Positions 20,522-29,705 of a stretch of DNA of 64,000 bases are shown here, piece by piece. Position 1 is the stretch's first letter, and every line of letters starts with the position of its first letter. The DNA is from Caldisericota bacterium (GTDB lineage: Bacteria > Caldisericota > JANLFM01), in the NCBI GenBank assembly GCA_024655965.1, contig JANLFL010000006.1, positions 879-64,878 of the forward strand, read 5' to 3'. Both the position numbers and the translations under genes were made by a program. A model generated the notes under the pieces. It had not been told where the DNA came from. It searched no databases and saw only the letters and a list, made by a program, of their open reading frames with translations.

Positions 20522-22710
20522 ACGAGAACCCATTTTTTAAGCTGGCCCCTTTTATTCAGGAGTTTATTTTTGCTCACGGATGGACGGAACTCCGGGCAGT
20601 CCAGGTGGAGGCATGCAGGGTAATCTTTGACACCGATGCCCATCTTCTCCTGGCCACTGGGACCGCTTCCGGGAAGACCGAAGCAGCTTTTCTTCCTATC
20701 CTGACCCTCCTTCACCAGGACCCCCCTCAATCTGTGGGAGTCCTCTACCTCGGGCCAACCAAAGCGCTGATAAACGATCAATTTCAAAGGTTAAATGAAC
20801 TTTTGAAAGAAGCAGAAATACCGGTTTTCCACTGGCACGGTGATGTCCCCCTCTCCGAAAAAATGAGGGTTTTAACTGAGCCCAAAGGAGTCCTTCAGAT
20901 TACCCCCGAATCGATGGAAGCCCTTTTAATGCATCGCAAGACCGATCTCATGAAAATCTTCGGGGATTTGAGGTTTGTGGTAATTGATGAGGTGCACGTG
21001 TTCATGAACTCGGATAGGGGAAGGCAGATTCTCGCTCAACTTGGGCGCCTTAAACCTTATTTAAGGAAGGAACCGAGAAGGGTCGGGCTTTCTGCTACCT
21101 TGGGGGATTATTCGGAGGTTGAAGAATGGCTGCGCCAGGGTACTTCCCGACCGGTGATCACACCGAAAGTGGGAACAGGAGAGCAGAAGATCCGCTTGGC
21201 ACTGGAGCACTTCTTTCTCCTTAAAGGGACGGATGGCAAGGGCTCCGTGAAGGAGGACAAGGTGATCAACCCCTATTATGAATTCATCTTTGATCACTCC
21301 CTTAACCGGAAATGCCTGATTTTTTCCAACTCAAAGGAGGAAGCGGAATCCATGCTTTCCTCCCTGCGAATGGTCGCTAAAACCAAAAAGTCCCCCGATT
21401 TCTATTACATGCATCACGGTTCGATTTCTGCTCCTTTGAGGGAGGACGCTGAGGACACCCTTAAAGATCCCACCATTCCCGCGATCGTTGCCGCAACAAC
21501 CACCTTGGAGTTGGGGATCGATGTCGGTCCCCTGGAGAGGATTATTCAGCTCGAAGCACCCTATTCCGTTTCAAGCTTCTTGCAGAGGCTGGGAAGGTCC
21601 GGAAGGAGGGGCAATCCCCAGGAAATGGTCATGGTCTTCCGGGAGGAAGAACCGATCGGCGATGAGCTCCTTCCTCAGCAATTTCCTTGGAGCTTCCTTC
21701 AAGGGATCGCCCTGATTCAACTTTATTTGGAGGAAAGGTGGATCGAACCTTTGCGCCCTGTCCGTTTCCCTTTCAGCCTTCTTTACCATCAGACGATGGC
21801 CATCCTCGCCTCCCAGGGGGAGCTCAGGTTTTCCGAGCTTGCAGACAGAGTCCTTCAACTTCCACCCTTCCTTCAAGTTCCAGTGGAGGACTTGAAGGAG
21901 CTTGTTGGACATCTCCTGGCGATCGATCACCTTGAGAGGACGGAGGAAGGTGGCTTAATTGTAGGTTTGAAGGGGGAGGAGATTGTAAGAAGTTTTCGCT
22001 TTTATGCCGTCTTCCAGGATGAGGACGAGTACACGGTGAAAGACGGTTCAAGGGAGATCGGAAGCGTTGCCTTCCCCCCTCCTCCTGGAGAAAGGTTCGG
22101 GCTTGCAGGCCGCACCTGGGAAGTCTTAGAAGTCGATCCCCGGCACAAGGTCATCCTGGTTAGGGGGGTTGAAGGGAAAGCCCTCACCACCTGGCCTGGA
22201 CCTTCAGGAGTGATTCACACGAGAATCAAACAGCGGATGAAGCAAGCGCTCCTTGAGGATGTTGACTATCCTTACTTGCAGCCCAACGCCCGGCAAAGAC
22301 TTAAAGAAGCCAGGAACCTTGCTCGAATGGTTGGCCTGGAAAAAAATCACATCCTCCCACTCGGGGGGCGAACCTTTGCCCTTTTTCCCTGGCTCGGCAC
22401 CCGGTCTTTCAGGGTGATGTCCCGGGTTTTGAAACGCCTTTTGGCTTCGGAATTCAAAATCACCAACGTTGAAGGAGAGCCCTCGAATTACCTTATTTTC
22501 AAGATGGAGAAAGGGGATCAGGAGGAATTGAATCGGAGGCTTGTTTCCCTTGCCAGGGAGGGTATTTCCCCTGAGTCCCTTCTGGGGACAAATGAAGCCC
22601 CGATAATGCAGAAATTTGACCCATTTCTCCCCCCGAAGCTTCTTCGAAAAGCCTTCGCCTATGACCACCTTGATGTGGAAGAATTTTGCCAGATTGTGGG
22701 AAATTGGTAG
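20518..22710 (+). CDS. sngC: SF2 DEAD/DEAH-box helicase, Lhr-like (Shango SngC-like)
   Basis: Motif I is ATGTASGKT (20653-20679). Motif II is DEVH (20986-20997). Motif III is SAT. Motif VI is QRLGRSGRR. The C-terminal ~330 aa resembles the Lhr winged-helix and beta-barrel region (GERFGLAGRTWEVLEVD). ATGA overlap with the ATPase gene. Confidence 0.85.
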   Translation: MNENPFFKLAPFIQEFIFAHGWTELRAVQVEACRVIFDTDAHLLLATGTASGKTEAAFLPILTLLHQDPPQSVGVLYLGPTKALINDQFQRLNELLKEAEIPVFHWHGDVPLSEKMRVLTEPKGVLQITPESMEALLMHRKTDLMKIFGDLRFVVIDEVHVFMNSDRGRQILAQLGRLKPYLRKEPRRVGLSATLGDYSEVEEWLRQGTSRPVITPKVGTGEQKIRLALEHFFLLKGTDGKGSVKEDKVINPYYEFIFDHSLNRKCLIFSNSKEEAESMLSSLRMVAKTKKSPDFYYMHHGSISAPLREDAEDTLKDPTIPAIVAATTTLELGIDVGPLERIIQLEAPYSVSSFLQRLGRSGRRGNPQEMVMVFREEEPIGDELLPQQFPWSFLQGIALIQLYLEERWIEPLRPVRFPFSLLYHQTMAILASQGELRFSELADRVLQLPPFLQVPVEDLKELVGHLLAIDHLERTEEGGLIVGLKGEEIVRSFRFYAVFQDEDEYTVKDGSREIGSVAFPPPPGERFGLAGRTWEVLEVDPRHKVILVRGVEGKALTTWPGPSGVIHTRIKQRMKQALLEDVDYPYLQPNARQRLKEARNLARMVGLEKNHILPLGGRTFALFPWLGTRSFRVMSRVLKRLLASEFKITNVEGEPSNYLIFKMEKGDQEELNRRLVSLAREGISPESLLGTNEAPIMQKFDPFLPPKLLRKAFAYDHLDVEEFCQIVGNW

Positions 22711-22773
22711 GGGCAAACATCCTTGCCTGAGCCTCTGATATTATTTAAAATAGCAAATCGCAATTTTCCCAAT

Positions 22774-22803
22774 TTTGACAGGAATTTGGCCCGGAGTTTA
22801 TAA
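22774..22803 (+). promoter_or_regulatory. Sigma-70-type promoter for rplU-rpmA
   Basis: Perfect TTGACA (22774-22779), an 18-nt spacer and perfect TATAAT (22798-22803), about 27 nt upstream of the rplU ATG. GGAAAGGAAGG serves as the RBS. Confidence 0.65.
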
Positions 22804-22830
22804 TTACCCTAATCAGGAAAGGAAGGTAAT

Positions 22831-23157
22831 ATGTACGCGGTAATCCATTTAGGCGGAAAGCAATACAAGGTTCAGCCAGGGATGACCTTCAAAGTAGACT
22901 ACCTGGAAGGTGAAGTTGGAAAACCCCTGGAGCTGGAGAAGGTTTCCCTGGTTGTTGATAAGGAAAAGGTGCTTGTGGGCAAACCTTGGGTGGAAGGAGC
23001 CAAGGTTAAGGTTACAGTGCTTGAACACGGTCGGGACAAAAAAGTCCAGGTTTTCACCTATAAATCAAAGACAAATTTTAAGAGAATGCAGGGGCACAGG
23101 CAGGATATTACCACTTTAAGGGTTGACCAGATTCTGTACCCCGGTCAGGAGGAATAA
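22831..23157 (+). CDS. rplU: 50S ribosomal protein L21
   Basis: MYAVIHLGGKQYKV...GHRQDITTLRV. Confidence 0.95.
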   Translation: MYAVIHLGGKQYKVQPGMTFKVDYLEGEVGKPLELEKVSLVVDKEKVLVGKPWVEGAKVKVTVLEHGRDKKVQVFTYKSKTNFKRMQGHRQDITTLRVDQILYPGQEE

Positions 23158-23163
23158 AGATAA

Positions 23164-23415
23164 ATGGCGCACAAAAAAGCCGGAGGCAGCTCCCGCAACG
23201 GGCGAGACTCCAAATCAAAGAGATTAGGGATCAAGCGTTTTGACGGCCAATTTGTCAAGGCTGGATCCATCCTTGTCAGGCAAAGGGGAACCAAAATTAA
23301 ACCCGGTTTGAACGTTGGCCTGGGTAAGGACTTCACTATTTTTGCCAAGGTTGACGGTTTCGTAAAATTCCAACCCCTGGGGAGAGACCAGAAAAAAGTC
23401 AGTGTCATTCAATAA
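23164..23415 (+). CDS. rpmA: 50S ribosomal protein L27
   Basis: [29 protein letters not shown]...QRGTKIKPG. There is no N-terminal propeptide. Confidence 0.96.
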   Translation: MAHKKAGGSSRNGRDSKSKRLGIKRFDGQFVKAGSILVRQRGTKIKPGLNVGLGKDFTIFAKVDGFVKFQPLGRDQKKVSVIQ

Positions 23416-23434
23416 ACTGGATATTGATTTCCAT

Positions 23435-23475
23435 AGACTCCGGTTTCGGTTAACGAACGGAGTCTGTTTGTTTTT
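23435..23475 (+). terminator. Rho-independent terminator or attenuator after rpmA
   Basis: AGACTCCG (23435-23442) pairs with CGGAGTCT (23458-23465) across a 15-nt loop, followed by GTTTGTTTTT. Confidence 0.55.
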
Positions 23476-23480
23476 CGGGG

Positions 23481-24755
23481 ATGTTTGTAGATAAGGCCTC
23501 CATAATTGTCCGTGGGGGCAAAGGAGGTAACGGGTGCGTCGCCTTCCGCAGGGAGAAATTCGTCCCCCGAGGTGGACCTTCAGGGGGGGATGGTGGTAAT
23601 GGAGGGAGCGTTTATCTCGAGGCCAGCCCTAACCTTTTCACCCTTCTTGATTTTACTTATAAAAGGGTTTACCAGGCACCTTCGGGTAAAAATGGCCAGG
23701 GAGGGAAAAAGCATGGGGCAAGCGGGGAGGATCTTGTCATTCCCGTTCCCGTGGGGACCGTGATTTACACCTCCCAAGGGGAAATCCTTGGTGATCTAAC
23801 CCAACCCGGCCAGCGCGTCCTGGTTGCCAGGGGAGGAAGGGGAGGAAGGGGAAATGCATCTTTTGCAACTTCCATCCAAAGATCCCCCCGATTTGCGGAA
23901 AAAGGGGAAAAGGGAGAGGAGGTGGAACTTCAGCTTGAACTACGTCTCATCGCCGATGTGGGGATAATCGGAAAACCAAATTCCGGAAAATCAACCCTTC
24001 TGGGAGCCTTAACTGCCTCTTCTCCAAAGGTTGCTGATTATCCCTTCACCACTTTGAGCCCGGTCCTGGGAGTCCTTAGTTTTCCCGATTTCAGCACCCT
24101 CATCCTTGCGGAAATCCCCGGACTGGTCCAAGGGGCTCATTCAGGGACTGGATTGGGGCACGAGTTCCTTCGCCACGCTTTGCGCTGCAGGGTCTTGCTC
24201 TGGCTTCTCGACCTTACCGGGGAACCATTGAAGGATTTTCAAATGCTAAAGGAAGAGCTTGCCTTGTACGATGAGACGCTTCTTAAAAAACCTTTCCTGA
24301 TCGCTTTGAATAAATGCGATATTGTAAGCGAGGAGGAAATTTCCAGGATTTTAGCCCAATTTGAAAAAGAGGGGCAAAAACCCTCCGTCATTTCCGCCAA
24401 GGAGGGGGTCAACCTTGAGGGGCTAAAGAATTCCCTCAAAGAGATGGCCAAAAATGCTCCTCCCGTGGAGTCCCCTCTTTCGCGGACAAAAGTGGTCTAC
24501 CGGCTGGGACCTGGCCAGAGTAAGGATTTCGTGGTGAAAAAAGTCTCGGATGGCCTCTTCCAGGTTGAAGGGGATTTTATCTCCCGGCTGGTTGAAAGGA
24601 CCGATTTTGAAAATCCCGATGGAGTTAGAAGGCTTCAAATGAAATTTGAAAAATTAGGAGTGGAGAAGGAACTTAAGAAAGCCGGGATTAAAGAGGGAGA
24701 TACGGTCAAGATCGGGGAAATGGAATTCGAATATCAGGAGTCCCAAGAGGAATGA
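23481..24755 (+). CDS. obg: GTPase Obg/CgtA
   Basis: MFVDKASIIVRGGKGGNGCVAFRREKF (Obg fold), G1 motif GKPNSGKST, and a C-terminal OCT domain. Confidence 0.95.
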   Translation: MFVDKASIIVRGGKGGNGCVAFRREKFVPRGGPSGGDGGNGGSVYLEASPNLFTLLDFTYKRVYQAPSGKNGQGGKKHGASGEDLVIPVPVGTVIYTSQGEILGDLTQPGQRVLVARGGRGGRGNASFATSIQRSPRFAEKGEKGEEVELQLELRLIADVGIIGKPNSGKSTLLGALTASSPKVADYPFTTLSPVLGVLSFPDFSTLILAEIPGLVQGAHSGTGLGHEFLRHALRCRVLLWLLDLTGEPLKDFQMLKEELALYDETLLKKPFLIALNKCDIVSEEEISRILAQFEKEGQKPSVISAKEGVNLEGLKNSLKEMAKNAPPVESPLSRTKVVYRLGPGQSKDFVVKKVSDGLFQVEGDFISRLVERTDFENPDGVRRLQMKFEKLGVEKELKKAGIKEGDTVKIGEMEFEYQESQEE

Positions 24756-25351
24756 ATCGAATCGGAATCATCGGGGGTTCTTTCAATCCCATTCATTACG
24801 GTCACCTATTTGCCGCAGAGGAAGCCCGGGTGACCTTCAATTTAGACCTTGTTTTTTTCGTACCCACAGGGGTCCCGGTCTGGGAAAAGGAGGAGCCCCT
24901 TCTCCAGGGGGAAACCCGTTTACGGATGGTTCTTCTGGGAACCCAGGACAACCCCTTTTTTCGGGTATCCAGGGAGGAGATTGACAGGTCGGGGAAATCC
25001 TTTACAGTTCTGACTTTGCAGAGCTTTCACCATCTTTTTCCCGATTCTCTTCTTTTTTTCATTACCGGTATGGATGCACTTTTTCAATTTCATAAATGGC
25101 GGGAGCCGGAGAAGATCCTGGAGCTCGCTGAACTGATCGCCGTCTCTCGACCCGGGTATTCCCTTGACCAGTTTTCCGGACCCCCATTAAACCCCAAAAT
25201 TCACCTTTTGAAGACCGTGGGGGTGGCTGTCTCTTCAAGAGAAATTAGGGAGAGGGTGCGGAAGGGACTTCCCATAAAGTACCTCCTTCCCCCTCCAGTT
25301 GAGGCTTTTATTCATGAGAACAAGCTCTATAGAGAGGAGGTGTCGAAGTAG
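24752..25351 (+). CDS. nadD: Nicotinate-nucleotide adenylyltransferase
   Basis: GIIGGSFNPIHYGHL (HxGH motif) and ISSREIR-like VSSREIRERV. ATGA overlap with obg. Confidence 0.92.
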   Translation: MNRIGIIGGSFNPIHYGHLFAAEEARVTFNLDLVFFVPTGVPVWEKEEPLLQGETRLRMVLLGTQDNPFFRVSREEIDRSGKSFTVLTLQSFHHLFPDSLLFFITGMDALFQFHKWREPEKILELAELIAVSRPGYSLDQFSGPPLNPKIHLLKTVGVAVSSREIRERVRKGLPIKYLLPPPVEAFIHENKLYREEVSK

Positions 25352-25362
25352 AAAGCGAACGT

Positions 25363-25689
25363 TTGCTGGAAGAGTTAGTTGAACTTCTTCTTTCCAAGAA
25401 AGCAGAAGAAGTGGTCACTCTGGACTTAAGGGGCGTCTCCGCTTTTGCTGACTTTTTCATTATCTCCAGCGCGGAGAGCACTAAACAAAGCAGAGCCCTG
25501 GTGGAAAGTTTGAATCAGAAAATTTCCTCTCTCGGAATCGTCCCCTACGGGATTGAGGGGGAAGAGGACTCTAGGTGGATTCTCTACGATTTAGGGGATA
25601 TCGTAATCCATATCTTCACCCCCGAGTTGAGGGCTTTTTACGATCTGGAAAATCTCTGGTCCCAAGCAAAAAAGAAGGTTTATTTGTAG
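25363..25689 (+). CDS. rsfS: Ribosomal silencing factor RsfS
   Basis: TTG start. KKAEEVVTLDLRGVSAFADFFIISSAESTKQ...WILYDLGDIVIHIF. Confidence 0.9.
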   Translation: MLEELVELLLSKKAEEVVTLDLRGVSAFADFFIISSAESTKQSRALVESLNQKISSLGIVPYGIEGEEDSRWILYDLGDIVIHIFTPELRAFYDLENLWSQAKKKVYL

Positions 25690-25703
25690 GAAAGGGTTTT
25701 TTG

Positions 25704-28301
25704 ATGAAAGAAAAGGATAGGATCGTCCTCGTAGACGGGAACAGCATTCTCTATCGAACCTATTTTGCCCTTCCCAGCCTCACCACCTCCCAGGGGATCC
25801 CTACGGGAGGGGTCTACGGGTTGACCAATATCCTTTTCCGCTTGTTTGAGGAAGTAAAACCGGACTACATTGCTTTTTCCTTCGACCGCCGGGGTCCGAC
25901 CTTTAGGCACCTGGAATTCAAAGAGTATAAGGCTCAGCGCCCCAAAACCCCCTCTGATCTAATTACTCAGGTAGCCCTAGCCAAGGACCTTGCCGCTGCC
26001 TTCCAGATCCCAGTCTTTGAAAAGGAAGGCTACGAAGCTGACGATTGCATCGCCACCCTGGCGCGGAAGGCTGTGGAATCCGAGAAAAAAGTGATCATCC
26101 TGAGCGGGGACCTGGATTCCCTTCAGTTGGTCTCTCAGAATATCCTTCTAATGGTTCCCCTGAAGGGTATCTCCCAGATTTTTGTTTACGACGAAGAAGC
26201 CGTGATCAAACGGTATGGGCTTAAACCGAGCCAAATGGTCGATTACAAAGCCCTTGTGGGAGACCCTTCGGACAACATCCCCAGGATTCCCGGAATTGGT
26301 GAAAAAACTGCCCGGGATCTCCTTTCCCGATATGGTTCAATTGAGGGGATCTACGCTCACTTATCTGAATTGAGCCCCAAAATTAGGGAAACCCTTGAAA
26401 ATTTCCAGAAACAGGTGGAGCAAAACCGAAGGCTTTCAAAATTGGTGGATGACCTAGATCTGGAAATCCACTGGGAAAAGCTAAAAACCCGTGAGCCAGA
26501 CTCCCAAAGGCTTCTTGAGCTTTTCTCCCGGCTTGAATTCAAGACCCTGATCAAAAAATTCTCCCCCACCGAAAAAAGGAACCTAACAGAGGTCAAGCCC
26601 CTTTCTTCTTGGGCGAAACCCACTGAACCATGCTCGGTTTTCCTCCTCCCCGGAGAACCTGCGGTGCTTGCCTTGGCTACTAAAGACGAAGTCTTCGCGG
26701 GGGAAATCGACCCTTCATCTCAGGCATTATCACTTTTTTCCAGTTTTCTTCCCATTCCTGGTCCAGTCTCCCAATTCCTTGAGGATGAAAGCGCACCCAA
26801 ATGGACCCACGATTATAAGTCTATCTATAAGTTTTTTAAGGCGAAGGGGCTTAACATCAGAGGAATCCAATTCGACACCCTCTTGGCTTCCTACCTTTTG
26901 AACTCCTCCAGAAGTTCCCATTCCCTTGAGCAGATTTTCCTTGAAAGGGAAAAACAACCCCTCTTCCCGGAGGAAGGGAAAATCACCCCGGAGATCAAAG
27001 CGGGCCTTTCCGCAAGTGCTATCAAGGAATTAACCCCAATTTTGAAGGGAGAGCTTGAAGATCAGGGTCTATTCGATCTTCTATCCTCCCTCGAGCTCCC
27101 CCTGTCCGAAGTGCTTGGGGAAATGGAAATCCGGGGGATAAGGATTTCCCTCGAGGTGCTTTCTGACCTCCGCCAGGAAGCGGAAAAACGCCTCCGCAAC
27201 CTGGAAAGTGAAATATATTCCCTGTGCGGTTGTGATTTCAACATTGCTTCCCCCAAACAATTGAGCTTCGTCTTATTTGAAAAGCTGGGCCTTTCCCGCG
27301 GGAAAAAGACCAAGACGGGTTATTCCACAGATATCTCCGTCCTGGAAAGCCTCAAGGGGATGCACCCGGTAATTGAAAAGATCATCGAGCACAGGGAACT
27401 CTCCAAGCTTAAAAATACTTATATCGACTCCCTCCCCTTGCTCGCGGACTCCCAGGGCAGGGTTCATACAACTTTCCTGCAGACTTCAACTTCCACGGGA
27501 AGGCTTTCCTCGGTGAATCCCAACCTTCAAAACATCCCCATCCGTTCAGAATTTGGGGGAAGGATCAGAAAGGCATTTGTGGCAAGTTCCCCTCAGCACC
27601 TCCTCCTAAGCGCGGATTATTCCCAAATTGAGCTCCGGATCCTTGCCCACCTTTCCGGGGATAAGAAGCTTCAGGAGGTTTTTTTAAGTGACGGGGATAT
27701 TCATACGAACACCGCCTGCTACATCTTCAAAGTGAGGGAGGATCAAGTGACCTCTGAGATGCGCCGGGTAGCCAAGACGGTGAATTTCGGGATTATTTAT
27801 GGAATGAGTTCCTTCGGGCTCTCTCAGGCGATCTCCGTTCCTGTTGAGGAAGCCCAAGCATACATTGATGCCTTTTTCCTTGAACATTCCGGGGTTAGGG
27901 AGTTCCTGGATCGGGTTCTCGAGGAAGGGAGAAAGGAAGGATTCGTCAGAACCATCCTTGGGCGGAGGAGATACCTTCCCGACCTTAACTCTCCGAACAA
28001 GAAACTTTCCCAACAGGCTGAGAGGATGGCGATCAACGCACCGGTTCAGGGTTCAGCGGCGGACATCATCAAAATTGCTATGATCAGACTCCATGATGCC
28101 CTGAAGAAAGAGGGGTTGAAGAGCCACCTGGTTCTTCAGGTTCACGATGAGCTGGTGCTTGACTGCCCCCAGGAGGAAAAGGAGAGGGTAGGGGAGATGG
28201 TCAGGGAAATAATGTCCAGGGCCTTTCCGCTCTCCGTTCCTTTGAAGGTGGATTTGAAGGTGGGAAAAAACTGGTTCGAAATGGAACCTCTCAATGCCTG
28301 A
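25704..28301 (+). CDS. polA: DNA polymerase I, probably deficient in 3'-5' exonuclease
   Basis: The 5'-nuclease domain reads LVDGNSILYRTYFAL...GDPSDNIPRIPGIGEKTA. The Pol domain has DYSQIELRILAH, RRVAKTVNFGIIYG and QVHDELV. In the region expected for the Exo I motif (DxE) I did not recognise a motif, though this is a reading by eye and not an alignment. The start is the ATG at 25704. The ORF-track start at 25575 lies inside rsfS. Confidence 0.95.
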   Translation: MKEKDRIVLVDGNSILYRTYFALPSLTTSQGIPTGGVYGLTNILFRLFEEVKPDYIAFSFDRRGPTFRHLEFKEYKAQRPKTPSDLITQVALAKDLAAAFQIPVFEKEGYEADDCIATLARKAVESEKKVIILSGDLDSLQLVSQNILLMVPLKGISQIFVYDEEAVIKRYGLKPSQMVDYKALVGDPSDNIPRIPGIGEKTARDLLSRYGSIEGIYAHLSELSPKIRETLENFQKQVEQNRRLSKLVDDLDLEIHWEKLKTREPDSQRLLELFSRLEFKTLIKKFSPTEKRNLTEVKPLSSWAKPTEPCSVFLLPGEPAVLALATKDEVFAGEIDPSSQALSLFSSFLPIPGPVSQFLEDESAPKWTHDYKSIYKFFKAKGLNIRGIQFDTLLASYLLNSSRSSHSLEQIFLEREKQPLFPEEGKITPEIKAGLSASAIKELTPILKGELEDQGLFDLLSSLELPLSEVLGEMEIRGIRISLEVLSDLRQEAEKRLRNLESEIYSLCGCDFNIASPKQLSFVLFEKLGLSRGKKTKTGYSTDISVLESLKGMHPVIEKIIEHRELSKLKNTYIDSLPLLADSQGRVHTTFLQTSTSTGRLSSVNPNLQNIPIRSEFGGRIRKAFVASSPQHLLLSADYSQIELRILAHLSGDKKLQEVFLSDGDIHTNTACYIFKVREDQVTSEMRRVAKTVNFGIIYGMSSFGLSQAISVPVEEAQAYIDAFFLEHSGVREFLDRVLEEGRKEGFVRTILGRRRYLPDLNSPNKKLSQQAERMAINAPVQGSAADIIKIAMIRLHDALKKEGLKSHLVLQVHDELVLDCPQEEKERVGEMVREIMSRAFPLSVPLKVDLKVGKNWFEMEPLNA

Positions 28302-29112
28302 ACTTCCCGAAGTCGAGACGATTAAAAGGGGGTTGGATGAGGGGCTCCGGGGAGTTTCCATTTTAGAAATTGAGGTCCTTCACCCCGGTGTTTTAAAGAA
28401 CCAGTCCCCCGAAGCTTTTCGTTTGAGGCTCCTCGGGGATTCCTTCATCAAGGTTGAAAGGCGGGGAAAGTTCCTCCTTCTTTTTCTCCATTCCGGTCAG
28501 GTGATCCTCATTCATTTGAGGATGACCGGAAATTTGTTTCTTTCGGACCCGGATTCTCCACGCCAGAAGCACCTCCATCTCCTCTTTCGCTTGGACAACG
28601 GGGAGGATCTTCGCCTGGTTGATCAGAGGAAATTCGGGGAGGTCCACCTCATTTTTGCCTCTCAGGTCCCCGAATACCCCCCTCTGAAGAAATTGGGGGT
28701 GGAGCCCTTCGACCCCTCTTTCAGTCCTGAAAACCTTTTTTCCATCCTTAAGGGATCAAAAAGGGGAATCAAACAACTTCTCCTTGACCAGACGAAGATT
28801 TCCGGGATTGGAAACATCTATGCCGATGAAGCCCTTTTTTGCGCCAAAATTCACCCTTCAAGGGAGGCGAATTCCCTCTCCTTCGAGGAAGCCAGAAGGC
28901 TCTTTTCATCAATTCGAGAGGTTCTCAACAGGTCAATTCAGGCTCAAGGTCGGACTTTTTCCAATTACTTGAACGCCAGGGGGGAGCCCGGGGATTATCA
29001 GCCCCTGGTGCATGATGCCAAAAAGGAGTACTGCCCTTACTGCGGAACTCCGATTGAGCACAGAAAGCTCTTCGGTAGGGGAACCTTCTATTGTCCAAAA
29101 TGTCAGAAATGA
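28294..29112 (+). CDS. mutM: Formamidopyrimidine-DNA glycosylase
   Basis: MPELPEVETIKRGL at the N-terminus and a C-terminal zinc finger, CPYCGTPIEH...YCPKCQ. Confidence 0.94.
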   Translation: MPELPEVETIKRGLDEGLRGVSILEIEVLHPGVLKNQSPEAFRLRLLGDSFIKVERRGKFLLLFLHSGQVILIHLRMTGNLFLSDPDSPRQKHLHLLFRLDNGEDLRLVDQRKFGEVHLIFASQVPEYPPLKKLGVEPFDPSFSPENLFSILKGSKRGIKQLLLDQTKISGIGNIYADEALFCAKIHPSREANSLSFEEARRLFSSIREVLNRSIQAQGRTFSNYLNARGEPGDYQPLVHDAKKEYCPYCGTPIEHRKLFGRGTFYCPKCQK

Positions 29113-29705
29113 AGGTGATAGTCCTTACCGGGGGAATTGCCTCCGGGAAGAGCGAGGTTTCCCGAATACTTAAAGGATTTGGAGCCCAGGTGATCGACGC
29201 TGACCAAATCGTTCACGGGATATTGAAAAGGGGAAAGAGGATAAAAAAGAAGCTCCTTGATGATTTTGGCCCCCAGGTCTTTCAAGGTGAGGAAGTTGAT
29301 CGCAGGGCCCTGGGAAAGCTGATTTTTTCCCGGAGGGAATTCCGGGAAAAACTCGAGAAGATCCTTCATCCCCAAGTAAAACGGATCGTCTCCAGAAAGG
29401 TGCGAAACCTGGAAATGAAGGGGGTTAAGGTGGTTTTCCTGGAGATCCCCCTTTTCTTTGAGGCCGGATGGCCTCCATCCCCGGATCAAGTCTGGGTTGT
29501 GTATTCCCCCCCCGAACTTCAAAGGGAGCGTTTAAAGGAGAAAGGCTTGTCCTCTGAAGAGATCGAAGGGAGGATTTCCGCCCAGCTACCATGGCAAAGG
29601 AAGTTGAGTTCTTCCTCCTTGGTGATCAATAATACAGGTTCCCTTAAGGACCTGGAGGAAAAAGTGCGCGGGGCTTTAAAAGACTTGAAACTTGTGGGGG
29701 ATTGA
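29109..29705 (+). CDS. coaE: Dephospho-CoA kinase
   Basis: MKVIVLTGGIASGKS P-loop. ATGA overlap with mutM. Confidence 0.9.
   Translation: MKVIVLTGGIASGKSEVSRILKGFGAQVIDADQIVHGILKRGKRIKKKLLDDFGPQVFQGEEVDRRALGKLIFSRREFREKLEKILHPQVKRIVSRKVRNLEMKGVKVVFLEIPLFFEAGWPPSPDQVWVVYSPPELQRERLKEKGLSSEEIEGRISAQLPWQRKLSSSSLVINNTGSLKDLEEKVRGALKDLKLVGD

Noticed and set aside
22204-22716. 170-aa minus-strand ORF at the 3' end of the helicase gene
   Set aside because: I considered it as a possible fourth, antisense component of the cassette. It lies fully within the helicase C-terminal coding region, has no RBS or motif, and has antisense-type composition.
22711-22773. Terminator after the helicase gene (GGCAA...TTGCC)
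   Set aside because: The stem is only 5 bp and has no U-tract, which is too weak to call.
16942-22830. Mobile-element boundaries around the TerB/ATPase/helicase cassette
   Set aside because: I looked for integrase or transposase genes, tRNA targets, and direct or inverted repeats at both junctions, and found none. I therefore do not call a mobile element.
25575-25703. Upstream extension of the polA ORF (track start at 25575)
   Set aside because: The extension lies inside rsfS in another frame. Conserved Pol I 5'-nuclease sequence begins right after the ATG at 25704 (MKEKDRIVLVDGNS).
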